A stretch of DNA of 64,000 bases, taken from IMG/VR virus record IMGVR_UViG_2599185271_000005, positions 4,861 through 68,860 of that record; one strand, given 5' to 3'. Each line of letters starts with the position of its first letter. Position 1 is the first letter of the stretch. Positions 1 to 8,394 of this stretch are shown in pieces. Position numbers and translations under genes: made by a program. The notes beneath the pieces are model-generated. The model worked only from the letters and a program-made list of their open reading frames with translations. It was not told the DNA's origin and searched no databases. Source of the DNA: a virus. Lineage: Duplodnaviria > Caudoviricetes.

Positions 1-148
1 TGAACTGCATGGAGGCGACGACGCTTGGATGCTTTGGGCGCGGGCCGAAGATGTAGAACCACCGGCCCGCATCGATCTGGCGGGCCAAGTCGCTCATGCT
101 GCGGATTCGCCTCCCCGGCCGAAACTTGTTGGCGCGCGCTGCCATCAT
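1..148 (-). CDS. Phage hypothetical protein, N-terminal part (runs off the left edge)
   Basis: Reads MMAARANKFRPGRRIRSMSDLARQIDAGRWFYIFGPRPKHPSVVASMQF..., directly after 158..424 in the leftward operon. Confidence 0.55.
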   Translation of the reverse strand, partial: MMAARANKFRPGRRIRSMSDLARQIDAGRWFYIFGPRPKHPSVVASMQF

Positions 149-157
149 CGGATCCGC

Positions 158-424
158 TCACGTCAGATTGTGGGCGGCGATGTCGGGCATGCCGGCGCGC
201 TTGGCGGCGCACCACTGCTCGATGACGTGGAGGGCCTCGTCTCGGTCGAGGTTGCCGCCATAGTTCATGCGGCCCTCGGTGTAGACGAAGATGGAGAACG
301 CGACCCGGGTGCCGGCGATCTTCTCCAGTCTCTCGTCGAGTTCCTTCATCACGTCCTGAAGCTCGCGCGACACGCGCGCCATAGGGCTCTGGTCGGCATA
401 TGGCAGACTTCGGGTGTCAGGCAT
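158..424 (-). CDS. Phage hypothetical protein
   Basis: 88 aa, GGAGG RBS upstream, operon-packed. Confidence 0.75.
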   Translation of the reverse strand: MPDTRSLPYADQSPMARVSRELQDVMKELDERLEKIAGTRVAFSIFVYTEGRMNYGGNLDRDEALHVIEQWCAAKRAGMPDIAAHNLT

Positions 425-433
425 GATCGCCTC

Positions 434-1390
434 CTATCGATCGAGTGGCGCCTGGTGGCGAACGGCCGCCTGGCGCAAGAAGTCGGTGGAGAAGGCGGCG
501 GCCTCGTGCTCGGCCTCGCGCCGGCGCCGGGCCCAGAAGGGCAGCCCGACGCGGGAGACCTCGTCCTCGCCGGCGGCCGGCCACTGACCGTCGCGCCGCC
601 ACTTCTTGAACGCGCCCGACGGCGGCCACACGCCGGTCTGCTCGCACATGGCGAACACGGCCCGGGCCCAGTTGAGCTCGATCCGGCCCCAGCCCAGGTC
701 TTCTGGGTCGATCTCGACTATCTCGACCTCGAAGGGCGGATCCTTCTCCTGGAACACGATCAGGTATCGCGGGTCATCGTGGAGCCCGCAGGCCTTGATG
801 CCCTCGATGTAGTGGGCGGCGCGGACGTGGTAGCGATAGCGCTCGATCGCCCGGTCCAGGTCCTCAGCGCGCAGCGAGACCGTGGTCTTATAGTCGGCGA
901 AGAACTGGTAGCCGGCCGGCGGCTGCCAATCGAGCCGGCAGCGGCAGCGCAGGCCCGTGGCTGGGTTGTCCCAGACCAGCGTGACCTCCGGTGTGCCGCC
1001 GTGGTTGAACGGCGCCATGGCGAATGGGTGAGCCTCCATGGCCTCCTTCATCCGCGCGACCTGCCGGAGCGGCCCGTCCAGAACCAGGTCGCTGCCGGTG
1101 GTCATGTGGAGCTTCTTGGTGTTGGGCGACCGCGGCTCGTGATACGGCAGCTCGATCTTCCGGGGCTTCCGCACCTCGTGCTCGACGGCCTTGCGCTCGA
1201 TGATGATCCGGTGGGCCAGCCGGCCGAACTCCAACGCCTGAGTCCGCTTGCCGCCCTTGTTCCGCCGGGCCAGGAACTTCGCCGGCGACATGCCGGACAG
1301 CAGGTCGATCGCGTCCGACGCGGAGAAGGCCGGATCCTTGAAGTAGAAGGCCTCGCTGAGGTTGGCGTGCACGCCGGGGATAAGCGCCAT
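434..1390 (-). CDS. PD-(D/E)XK exonuclease (RecE/exonuclease VIII-like, DUF3799 type)
   Basis: ALEFGRLAH, PEVTLVW..CRCRLDW, ADYKTT, YRYHVRAAHY, FQEKDPPF motifs typical of phage RecE-like nucleases. Confidence 0.9.
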   Translation of the reverse strand: MALIPGVHANLSEAFYFKDPAFSASDAIDLLSGMSPAKFLARRNKGGKRTQALEFGRLAHRIIIERKAVEHEVRKPRKIELPYHEPRSPNTKKLHMTTGSDLVLDGPLRQVARMKEAMEAHPFAMAPFNHGGTPEVTLVWDNPATGLRCRCRLDWQPPAGYQFFADYKTTVSLRAEDLDRAIERYRYHVRAAHYIEGIKACGLHDDPRYLIVFQEKDPPFEVEIVEIDPEDLGWGRIELNWARAVFAMCEQTGVWPPSGAFKKWRRDGQWPAAGEDEVSRVGLPFWARRRREAEHEAAAFSTDFLRQAAVRHQAPLDR

Positions 1391-1393
1391 GGG

Positions 1394-1579
1394 TCAGCCC
1401 TCCCGCCGCAGGACGCGCAGCGCGACGTAGGCGAGCGCGACCAGCAGGATCAGGGCGCAGGCGCCATGGAACCAAACCGGCACCAGCATCTGCGGCAGCA
1501 CGGAGCGGATCAGACCGCCCAGCACGCTCGCCCAGACGGCCGCCGCCGCGATGCAGAGAACGATCATGACGTCCCTCAT
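1394..1579 (-). CDS. Small membrane protein (2 TM)
   Basis: 61 aa with two hydrophobic stretches; overlaps the upstream stop. Confidence 0.65.
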   Translation of the reverse strand: MRDVMIVLCIAAAAVWASVLGGLIRSVLPQMLVPVWFHGACALILLVALAYVALRVLRREG

Positions 1580-2817
1580 GCCGCACCATCCACACCGGAG
1601 CCGACCGGGTACTGGTCCCAGGTGGCGCCGTCGAGTTGCCGGCCGGCGGCCTTCTTGCCGACCTCGCAGAAGGTCTGCCAGTCGTCATTGCTTGGGTCCG
1701 CGCCTAGCCGGAATACTTCGCTGGACCGGTAAACCTTCTCGCCGACACGGTTCATCGCTATGGTCGTGACGTCGTCGGGGTGGCTGGCCGGGTCGTGCTC
1801 GAGCGCGCTGTGCCATGTACCCCACTGCTTGAAGTGGAACGGCACGCCGGCGGCCACGCACTGGTCACGAAGAGAGCGAGCCCAAACCGGGTGCATCGGG
1901 CGGGCGTCCCGGCCGCTCTCACCCCCGACAACAACCCATTCGATGCTCGGCAATTCCCCCGGGATCCTCGTGGAAGTGTTCATGCTGCACTCTGATGGCG
2001 AGCGCGCGAGGTAGTCGCCGCGCGTCACAAGGCCGCGCAGTGCGTCGATCCATGGCTTTCCGGTGGGGTTGTATTCGCGCAGATTCGTGAAATCCACCGG
2101 TCCCAGGAGCGGCTCGGCGCTGACCCATCGAACAGCGGCCGGCGTGTCGAGCAGCAGCGGCACGCGCTCGTCGGCACGGGCCTGATCCTCGACGCTCACG
2201 CCGAGCCAGACGTTCGGTAGAGGCCACTGCCATTGCATCGCCTTGCAGTTGCCGTCGTCGGTCCAGAGGTGGTCCTTCTCGGGATCGGCTAAGCCGAACC
2301 GGCGCAGGAACAGTTCGCACTCGGCCTCGACTTTCACCCTGCGGCCGGTCTCTCCGCCGGCCGGGATATCGAGGGATGTCCCATCGGGGAACTTGAGTGT
2401 TTGAGGAAGGGTGCCCTGCCATTTCTCCTCGAACCACGCGCGCATGCGGCCCGGTCGCTTCGTAAGCACCTGGAAGGTGTGCTGCGGGCACAGCGCCATG
2501 ACGGCGAACACTTGGTCGATCCATTCGTCGGGAACCGCCTCGTGGAACAGATCGCCATGGGCGCACACGAAGATCCGCTTCGGCTTGCGCCACCGGATGG
2601 GCTGGTCGAGCCAACCCTCGTTGAAGCGAACCTCGCCGCTCCAGACCGGCCCGGCTTTCGTGTCCATGGTCAGGCCCTGCCGGGATGGGTGATGCTGCAG
2701 CCGGGTGCCGGCCAGCTTCATGGCGTAGCAGTTCGTGCAGCCGGGGGAGACGACGCTGCACCCGGTGATCGGATTCCACGTCGCGTCGGTCCACTCGATG
2801 TGGGTGCCGTCAGCCAT
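1576..2817 (-). CDS. Phage gp37/gp68 family protein (DUF5131)
   Basis: IEWTDATWNPITGC..VSPGCTNCYA, IFVCAHGDLFHE, FQVLTKRP, NVWLGVSVEDQ, SAEPLLG, VVVGGESG, FHFKQWG; start set at ATG 2817 after GGAG. Confidence 0.95.
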   Translation of the reverse strand: MADGTHIEWTDATWNPITGCSVVSPGCTNCYAMKLAGTRLQHHPSRQGLTMDTKAGPVWSGEVRFNEGWLDQPIRWRKPKRIFVCAHGDLFHEAVPDEWIDQVFAVMALCPQHTFQVLTKRPGRMRAWFEEKWQGTLPQTLKFPDGTSLDIPAGGETGRRVKVEAECELFLRRFGLADPEKDHLWTDDGNCKAMQWQWPLPNVWLGVSVEDQARADERVPLLLDTPAAVRWVSAEPLLGPVDFTNLREYNPTGKPWIDALRGLVTRGDYLARSPSECSMNTSTRIPGELPSIEWVVVGGESGRDARPMHPVWARSLRDQCVAAGVPFHFKQWGTWHSALEHDPASHPDDVTTIAMNRVGEKVYRSSEVFRLGADPSNDDWQTFCEVGKKAAGRQLDGATWDQYPVGSGVDGAA

Positions 2818-2818
2818 G

Positions 2819-3133
2819 CTATTCTCCGTCGTCGGAGTTGATATGCGGACGCCCGCTCGCGTCGATCTCCACCGGCACGCTGAACCACAGGCGCCGGCCG
2901 AGCCGGTTCGCCGGGAAGCCGAAAGCCCGGCGCGTACGGCGCGCGGCTCGAGCAACGATCGGATCGCTGTGGCAGGCCAAGCCCCACAGGATGTTGTTGC
3001 AGACCTGGGTCTTCCAGCGGCTCGGCATCTCTACTGCCTCGGCGCCGCCCAGGATCGCGCGGATCTCCAGCAGCGTGGCGAGCGCGGCGTCTTGCCGGAG
3101 CTCGGCCCTGTCGAGGCTCTCGACGGCGCTCAT
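2819..3133 (-). CDS. Phage hypothetical protein
   Basis: MSAVESLDRAELRQ...; translationally coupled to neighbours. Confidence 0.6.
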   Translation of the reverse strand: MSAVESLDRAELRQDAALATLLEIRAILGGAEAVEMPSRWKTQVCNNILWGLACHSDPIVARAARRTRRAFGFPANRLGRRLWFSVPVEIDASGRPHINSDDGE

Positions 3134-3234
3134 CCGGCCAGCACCAGGATCATGGCAGCCCAGAAGGCCGCGCTGACCAGCGTGACGCCGACGACCTGCC
3201 GCAGCGGAGGGAGTGAGCGAACGGCGCGCATCAT
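3130..3234 (-). CDS. Very small membrane peptide
   Basis: MMRAVRSLPPLRQVVGVTLVSAAFWAAMILVLAG; ATGA-type overlaps at both ends. Confidence 0.5.
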   Translation of the reverse strand: MMRAVRSLPPLRQVVGVTLVSAAFWAAMILVLAG

Positions 3235-3671
3235 GCCACCATCCGCTGGTCGAACGGCGCAGTCTCGAGCACCACTCGGAAGCCCTTCTTGCGCACGCCC
3301 ACCAGGGCACTGCCGAAGGTGAAGCGGGACGCCGTCACCCAAAGCGGCGTGTCCGGGCCGGCGATGAACCAGTCGCCATCGGCACGGGCGAACCGCTGGC
3401 CCAGCGCCCCCTCCAGGGTCAGGCGCACGTTCCGCGCCAAGGTCTGTGCCGGTGTCGACCCAAAGGCGAGATCACCGGACAGCGGCTCGAAGGCGCTCAG
3501 GCCCCGCGGGAAGCCGCCGTGGTCAAACACCACCGGCCAACTCTGCACCGCTTCGTCAGCCAGTGCCGCCATCAGCTTGTCGATGGTCAGCATCTTGCGG
3601 GCGCGCATTGCCCGCGCCGGTTCGGAGATAGGCACCAACCCGTCGGTGCGCAGTTCGGACGCGTTCAGCAT
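3231..3671 (-). CDS. Phage hypothetical protein, first gene of the leftward early operon
   Basis: GGAGG RBS before MLNASELRTDG. Confidence 0.65.
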   Translation of the reverse strand: MLNASELRTDGLVPISEPARAMRARKMLTIDKLMAALADEAVQSWPVVFDHGGFPRGLSAFEPLSGDLAFGSTPAQTLARNVRLTLEGALGQRFARADGDWFIAGPDTPLWVTASRFTFGSALVGVRKKGFRVVLETAPFDQRMVA

Positions 3672-3803
3672 CGCGATCCTCCAAGAGGCGCCCGGAAGTG
3701 GGTGGGGTGTTCGAAGCCCCACCCGCGTCAATCCGGTGTTCGTCCTCTAGAAAGGTCCGCACTCCCTGCGGAGGGATCACCGGTTCGATCCAGGTGATGC
3801 CCC

Positions 3804-3857
3804 AATAATATTCACACTATGTGAAAAGTCAAAGCTTTTATGTCACATCATGTGACA
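3804..3857 (-). promoter_or_regulatory. pL/oL-like promoter with two repressor operators
   Basis: TCACA-CTA-TGTGA (3812-3824) and TGTCACA-TCA-TGTGACA (3841-3857); minus-strand TTGACT-16 bp-TATTAT with one operator in the spacer. Confidence 0.8.
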
Positions 3858-4083
3858 ATAGATTTTCAATAGCCGCATCCAGAAGGCGGATATCGGACCG
3901 GCCCTCGGGTCCATCGGCCTCAAGCGTGGGCGCAACGCGGGCGCGGAGGCATCTGAGTTGAGCGAGGGGGGCTCCTGGATCCGATCGGGCGATCAGCGCC
4001 TCAATGTTCTCTGCGCTGGCGTCGGCAACGATGGAGGTGATGCGTGGATCAGCTTCAGAGGCGGAGTCGAAATCACATGGCAT
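3838..4083 (-). CDS. Hypothetical protein
   Basis: 81 aa ORF ending in the operator region; no motif recognised. Confidence 0.4.
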   Translation of the reverse strand: MPCDFDSASEADPRITSIVADASAENIEALIARSDPGAPLAQLRCLRARVAPTLEADGPEGRSDIRLLDAAIENLLSHDVT

Positions 4084-4209
4084 GGCTCAGGCCCTTTTCT
4101 CGCTCCAACCACCTCAGTCGCGTTAGAGTTGCAGCGGGTTGCACGCTTGTCAACGCAATTGAGTAAAACTATATCTATCGCCAATGGTTAGGTGAGATGG
4201 AGTGCGTGC

Positions 4210-4944
4210 ATGACGTATGGCAGAAGGATTGCAGCGCACGCCAAGCAGGTTACTGGCTTGCGGCGTCAGCAGGTGCAGCGGGTGCGCGCGGCGTGCCAAG
4301 CCCGCGAGCTTTCGACCCGGCAGGCGGGCCGCCTCGTCGGCCTTTCCCAGGTGCGCGGGCTCTTCGCCGACGACTGGGCCCCACCACAGGACGTGCTGGA
4401 CGCGCTCGAGGCCGCACTGTTCGGTGAAGACGATACCGGGCTGGAGCCGCTGCATGCCGCCACCATACCGTCGCAGGCGGCCGTGCGGCTGTGGGCGCCC
4501 AACCTCGTCGAGGCGGTCGAAGTCTGGCAAGGGGCCGGCGGAGTATGGTCTCAAAACGTGGCGGAAAAGCTCGAGAAGATCGGGTTGCTCGATCAATCGA
4601 CGCTGGTCCGGGACACGCCCCGGGGGCTCTATATCGAAGGTCGGCAGGATCGGCTCGGATACTGGCGCTCAGCCACGGCCGGCGGTGGCGGCGTGATGCT
4701 GTTCGACCGGCCGGACCCGGAATACAACGCCTTCGTCTTTAAGCGCGTGATGGGGGCTCTGGCGGCCGGTCAGCCGTCGATCGAGCGGTGCGCGGGCTGG
4801 TGCGGGTTGATCGGCATCAACCTGCGATATACAGCGGGTCTGTACCCGTTCGCGAAAGCGCAAGGTCGACCACCTGAGATCGTTCTGTCACTGGTGAAGC
4901 CCGATCCTGATCTAACACCGCCGCCGCAGCCGCCTTCCGCGTAA
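4210..4944 (+). CDS. Putative HTH + PAS-like (DUF1457/PAS_5-like) domain protein; paralog of 54625..55266
   Basis: N-terminal ELSTRQAGRLVGLSQVR (HTH-like); C-terminal DRPDPEYNAFVFKR..GQPS..CAG..YTAGLYP has PAS-like spacing and is shared with 54625..55266. Confidence 0.6.
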   Translation: MTYGRRIAAHAKQVTGLRRQQVQRVRAACQARELSTRQAGRLVGLSQVRGLFADDWAPPQDVLDALEAALFGEDDTGLEPLHAATIPSQAAVRLWAPNLVEAVEVWQGAGGVWSQNVAEKLEKIGLLDQSTLVRDTPRGLYIEGRQDRLGYWRSATAGGGGVMLFDRPDPEYNAFVFKRVMGALAAGQPSIERCAGWCGLIGINLRYTAGLYPFAKAQGRPPEIVLSLVKPDPDLTPPPQPPSA

Positions 4945-5596
4945 AGCCCTCGCTGGTCCACACCAGGTGCCGCACCTCGCCGCCCCACTCGATGCCGAGC
5001 GTGCGGGTCTCCACCGGCGGGTTGATCTTGGCCATGACCGCCTGTCGCGAGAACAGGAAGGTGCCGCGTGCGGCCCGGGTGGCGATGGCGAGCATGTCCG
5101 CAATCAGCGTCGCATACCGGATCCAGTCTCGGCTGAACGGCGTGCCGCCGCGGTTGTCGCGGGAGACCCACGCGTCGCCGGTGAAGCCCACCGTCCCCAT
5201 GATGGCTGATGCAAGCGTGAGAGCGTCACCCTCCAGCCGCATGCGAGGCCCGCCCTTGAACAGGCTGTTTTCGGCGAGGTACTGCGCAAGGCTGAGGTTC
5301 CCGAGGTCGTACATACCCATCTGCATGGCGCCCACGACATGGTCATCGCGCTCCGCCAGGATCCCGAAGACGTTGCTGGCCCAGGTCCGGCCTGGATCGA
5401 AGGCGCCGAAGACTGTTTCCGCACCACGCGAGAAGCCACGCGCGCGCTCGCCGTGGCGGTCATAGACGATTCGCACGCCGTGACGTTCTCGCAGCTTGAG
5501 GACGCAGTGAGCGACAAACTCGAGCGCTGATGTGTCGGTGGTTACGACCGGCGGAAGATCCTCGCCGGCATCCATGACTTCGGCCGCCTGAACCAT
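4817..5596 (-). CDS. Putative GNAT/acyltransferase-fold protein (LuxI/FeeM-like); paralog of 54018..54725
   Basis: RLEGDA..IMGTVGFTGDAWVSRDNRGG resembles GNAT motif A; GGAGG RBS; immediately downstream of cI on the same strand. Confidence 0.55.
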   Translation of the reverse strand: MVQAAEVMDAGEDLPPVVTTDTSALEFVAHCVLKLRERHGVRIVYDRHGERARGFSRGAETVFGAFDPGRTWASNVFGILAERDDHVVGAMQMGMYDLGNLSLAQYLAENSLFKGGPRMRLEGDALTLASAIMGTVGFTGDAWVSRDNRGGTPFSRDWIRYATLIADMLAIATRAARGTFLFSRQAVMAKINPPVETRTLGIEWGGEVRHLVWTSEGFTRKAAAAAVLDQDRASPVTERSQVVDLALSRTGTDPLYIAG

Positions 5597-5666
5597 CCCA
5601 AACCTCCGCCTGTCCGCCGACGTTAACTATAGCGCCGATTTCGCGGTTGAAGGCAGGGTTTCGATG

Positions 5667-5987
5667 CTACTGGGCGACTTTGGTGGGGCGGCCGCGCCTA
5701 GTCCCCTGATCGGCGCCCATCTTTTCCATGATGCGATTGTAGAGATCGTTCGGAAGAGCCCTCGGGTCGCCCCGGAAAATCCAGTCAAGCGAGATCCCGA
5801 ATCGTTCGCAAAACGGGATGAGCGCTATGGCGTTCGCCGCCCGCCGACCGTTTTCCCATTGGGACAGCCGGGTGCGCTCAATACCCCATGCCGAGAAATC
5901 GCTCTGCTCCAAGCCGGTGGCTTCGCGGCTGGCGCGGAGGCGCTTTCCCACCTCGATCATCACATCTGCATCGGTGCTCGGGTTCAT
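5667..5987 (-). CDS. CI-like repressor (XRE HTH, no peptidase domain)
   Basis: VGKRLRASREATGLEQSDF..IERTRLSQWENGRR..ISLDWIFRG; divergent from the cro-like gene. Confidence 0.9.
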   Translation of the reverse strand: MNPSTDADVMIEVGKRLRASREATGLEQSDFSAWGIERTRLSQWENGRRAANAIALIPFCERFGISLDWIFRGDPRALPNDLYNRIMEKMGADQGTRRGRPTKVAQ

Positions 5988-6000
5988 GACCGGATTATCG

Positions 6001-6060
6001 CCACACCGTGTGACCATGCACGTAACAAACGAGGCTTGCATTAAATGTCACACTATGTGA
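6001..6060. promoter_or_regulatory. oR-like operators between cI and cro
   Basis: TCACA-CTA-TGTGA (6048-6060, identical to the 3812 site) and degenerate CCACA-CCG-TGTGA (6001-6013). Confidence 0.8.
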
Positions 6061-6093
6061 AAAATAGCAGGAAGCTGATCGAGAGAGCACGAG

Positions 6094-6312
6094 ATGGTTA
6101 TCACCACGGCCTCGCAGTTCATTGATGAAATAGGTCCGGACGTCATCCGCGATCGTGTTGGCGGAAGCCGCAGTCGCATTGGCATGTGGAAGCTTAGGGG
6201 TTTCCCGGATAGCCGTGAGATTGACAGCCATCTTCGCCAACTCGCGGTTGAGGCGGGTAAGCAGGTCGACTGGTCTGCTGTTTATGCCGGCAAACCCAGC
6301 GAGGCCGCGTGA
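6094..6312 (+). CDS. Cro-like regulator
   Basis: 72 aa, ASQFIDEIG..IRDRVG..RIGMWKLRGFP pattern; divergent from cI. Confidence 0.8.
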   Translation: MVITTASQFIDEIGPDVIRDRVGGSRSRIGMWKLRGFPDSREIDSHLRQLAVEAGKQVDWSAVYAGKPSEAA

Positions 6313-6394
6313 TGCCGGCCGCGTTCGCTCTATTCCCTCCCCTGCCATCACTCGCCTCATGCACCGAATGTATGGCGGCGCGGAGTACACCACC

Positions 6395-6832
6395 ATGAGT
6401 AACGATCTCGGCATCACCCATGATCTTGCGATCAAGCGGTTGAAGGGCGCCATCCGGCTGGCGATCCCTGACGCCGCCCGTCGCCGGCATGTCAGCGAAG
6501 TGACGGGCATCCCTATCCGAACCCTGGAGAGCTACGGCAACGGAGAAGCGGCGCCTACCCTGGTGAACTTCCTGTTGCTGTCGCGGGTCCTGGGCGCGGC
6601 CTTCGTCACCGACGTCATGTCGCCGACCGGACTGCAGGTTTCGCTCCTGGAGCCGGGGAGCATCGATCCGCACGAGCTGCTGACCGCGACCTTGCACAAC
6701 GCGGCGGCGCTGTCCGCCGCCCTGGACGACGGCAGGCTCGACCATCGCGAGCGCCTGGCCCTGGCGCCGGCCGCCCGCGAACTCGGCTGCGACCTCATCG
6801 CCTTCTCGCACTCGATGAAGCCCGAGCCGTAA
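6395..6832 (+). CDS. CII-like phage regulatory protein (HTH)
   Basis: VSEVTGIPIRTLESYGNGEAAP HTH and C-terminal ALDDGRLDHRER motif; position after cro. Confidence 0.75.
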   Translation: MSNDLGITHDLAIKRLKGAIRLAIPDAARRRHVSEVTGIPIRTLESYGNGEAAPTLVNFLLLSRVLGAAFVTDVMSPTGLQVSLLEPGSIDPHELLTATLHNAAALSAALDDGRLDHRERLALAPAARELGCDLIAFSHSMKPEP

Positions 6833-7012
6833 CGAGGCCCCTCGGGCGCGTGTCCCCTTGCGCGCCCGACCCCCGCTGGCGGCGGCCTGTGCCACCCATG
6901 TCCCCGGCCGCCGCCAGCACCCCAGCCCCCTTACCCGACCGGGTGGGGGTTTCGGCAGCACCAGCCCAATGAGGGCTGTTGATCGGAAACCCAAGAACAG
7001 AAGGAGGCATAG

Positions 7013-7357
7013 ATGAGCAGCATTCGTCTTCTCGTCGCGCCGCTCGCGTTCGCGGTGATCGCACTGGTGGCCAGTCTTCCAGTCGATCGCGCGTATGCGG
7101 TGGCGACACACGATCCGACCGTGCTCAAGGCATTCGACCTGCATCTCGACCGCGACTTCATCGCCCCCACCGAGGCGCTGACCGTCGAACCCGTCCAGCG
7201 CGTCGACACTTCGAAACATGAACTCATCGGCCCGGACGATCCGGCCGCCGTCGGATATCGCAGCCAGAGCCGCAGCGGCCTGACCGCCGACAACCTGCCC
7301 CTGCGCGCCCTGGAGGTGGCGCCGTACCGGTCCGCCTCGGTCCGCTCCCGCCATTAG
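7013..7357 (+). CDS. Hypothetical protein with N-terminal signal or TM segment
   Basis: GGAGG RBS; hydrophobic N-terminus. Confidence 0.65.
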   Translation: MSSIRLLVAPLAFAVIALVASLPVDRAYAVATHDPTVLKAFDLHLDRDFIAPTEALTVEPVQRVDTSKHELIGPDDPAAVGYRSQSRSGLTADNLPLRALEVAPYRSASVRSRH

Positions 7358-7542
7358 AGAGCCTTGAGGCTCATTCGGCATTCACCCCTCAGCCCCGCCC
7401 GGTTCGTCCCGCGGGGTTGAGGCGGTGCCGGGCCCTGCCCATGCCCGGCGTGACTTTTTGGGCGATTCCTCCCAACTGCCGCGGGTCGGATGGGCCACCA
7501 ACCTTCCCGCGGCTTCTTTCCCCGGTGGCGAAGGAGACGGCA

Positions 7543-8391
7543 ATGGCCCGACCCAGAAAGAGCGAGGAGGTCGAAGTCCTCGCGAATGTCGCCGACCGTG
7601 AGGCGGCGCAGCAGGCAGCGTTCGAGAAGCGATACAAGCTCGAGTGCGAGATTGCGGCTCTTAAAGAAAAGCACATCAAGCCGCTGCAGACCGAGATCAG
7701 CACCATCACCGGCCGGCTGGCCGATCAGCTTCAGACCGCGCGGAAGTACATCAATGCGGCCTACAAGCCGTACGCGCTGGCCCGTGATGCAGACGACTTC
7801 GACGACGAGGACGAGGGCAAGGAGGTCCGCGACCAGATCCGGGCCCTGTTCAACGGCCTGCATAAGAACGGCATGCTCGACCTTGTCGAGATCGCCGAGG
7901 CCGCCAGCGGAAAGAAGGGCGGGGGCAAGAAGGCTCAGGCGAAGGCCGACAACGTCGTCCAGATGTCGAAGCCGGCGGCCGAAGAGCCCGTCCAGGACGA
8001 CCTGATCGACGAGAACGCCGACAGCCGAGATCCGGAGAGCGACTCCTCCTTCATAACGGCGCGCGCATCCGGACAGAATGCGGCTCGGGCTGGATCGTCG
8101 TTCAACGACAACCCCTATGAGAAGGGTAGCGGCGAAGCGACGGCGTTCGAGATCGGCTTCCTCAAGGAGCAGGGAGCCCTTGCCCACGCCGGAGGCAAGA
8201 GCCTGAACGACAACCCGAGCACGGAAGGCACCGACGGCTGGGCCTACTGGCGCAAGGGCTGGCAGGCCGCGGCCGATGCCGAGTTCTCCGGCAAGACGCC
8301 GATCAGCGCCGGCGATGGTGACGACGAGATCGCGCCGGAAGAGTTCGACGACGAGCTCGCCGGCGACGGCAAAGTCCAGGCCGCGGAGTAA
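7543..8391 (+). CDS. Acidic coiled-coil protein with two C-terminal Rmf-like repeats
   Basis: GGAG RBS; repeats GQNAARAG..NDNPY..AFEIGF and GALAHAGG..NDNP..YWRKGW. Confidence 0.7.
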   Translation: MARPRKSEEVEVLANVADREAAQQAAFEKRYKLECEIAALKEKHIKPLQTEISTITGRLADQLQTARKYINAAYKPYALARDADDFDDEDEGKEVRDQIRALFNGLHKNGMLDLVEIAEAASGKKGGGKKAQAKADNVVQMSKPAAEEPVQDDLIDENADSRDPESDSSFITARASGQNAARAGSSFNDNPYEKGSGEATAFEIGFLKEQGALAHAGGKSLNDNPSTEGTDGWAYWRKGWQAAADAEFSGKTPISAGDGDDEIAPEEFDDELAGDGKVQAAE

Positions 8392-8394
8392 CCG

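Noticed and set aside
29-1732. Long plus-strand ORF (567 aa) and similar antisense ORFs (7354..8763, 27954..29573, 30149..32323, 41414..43135)
   Set aside because: Shadow frames of real genes in high-GC DNA, with no motifs or RBS
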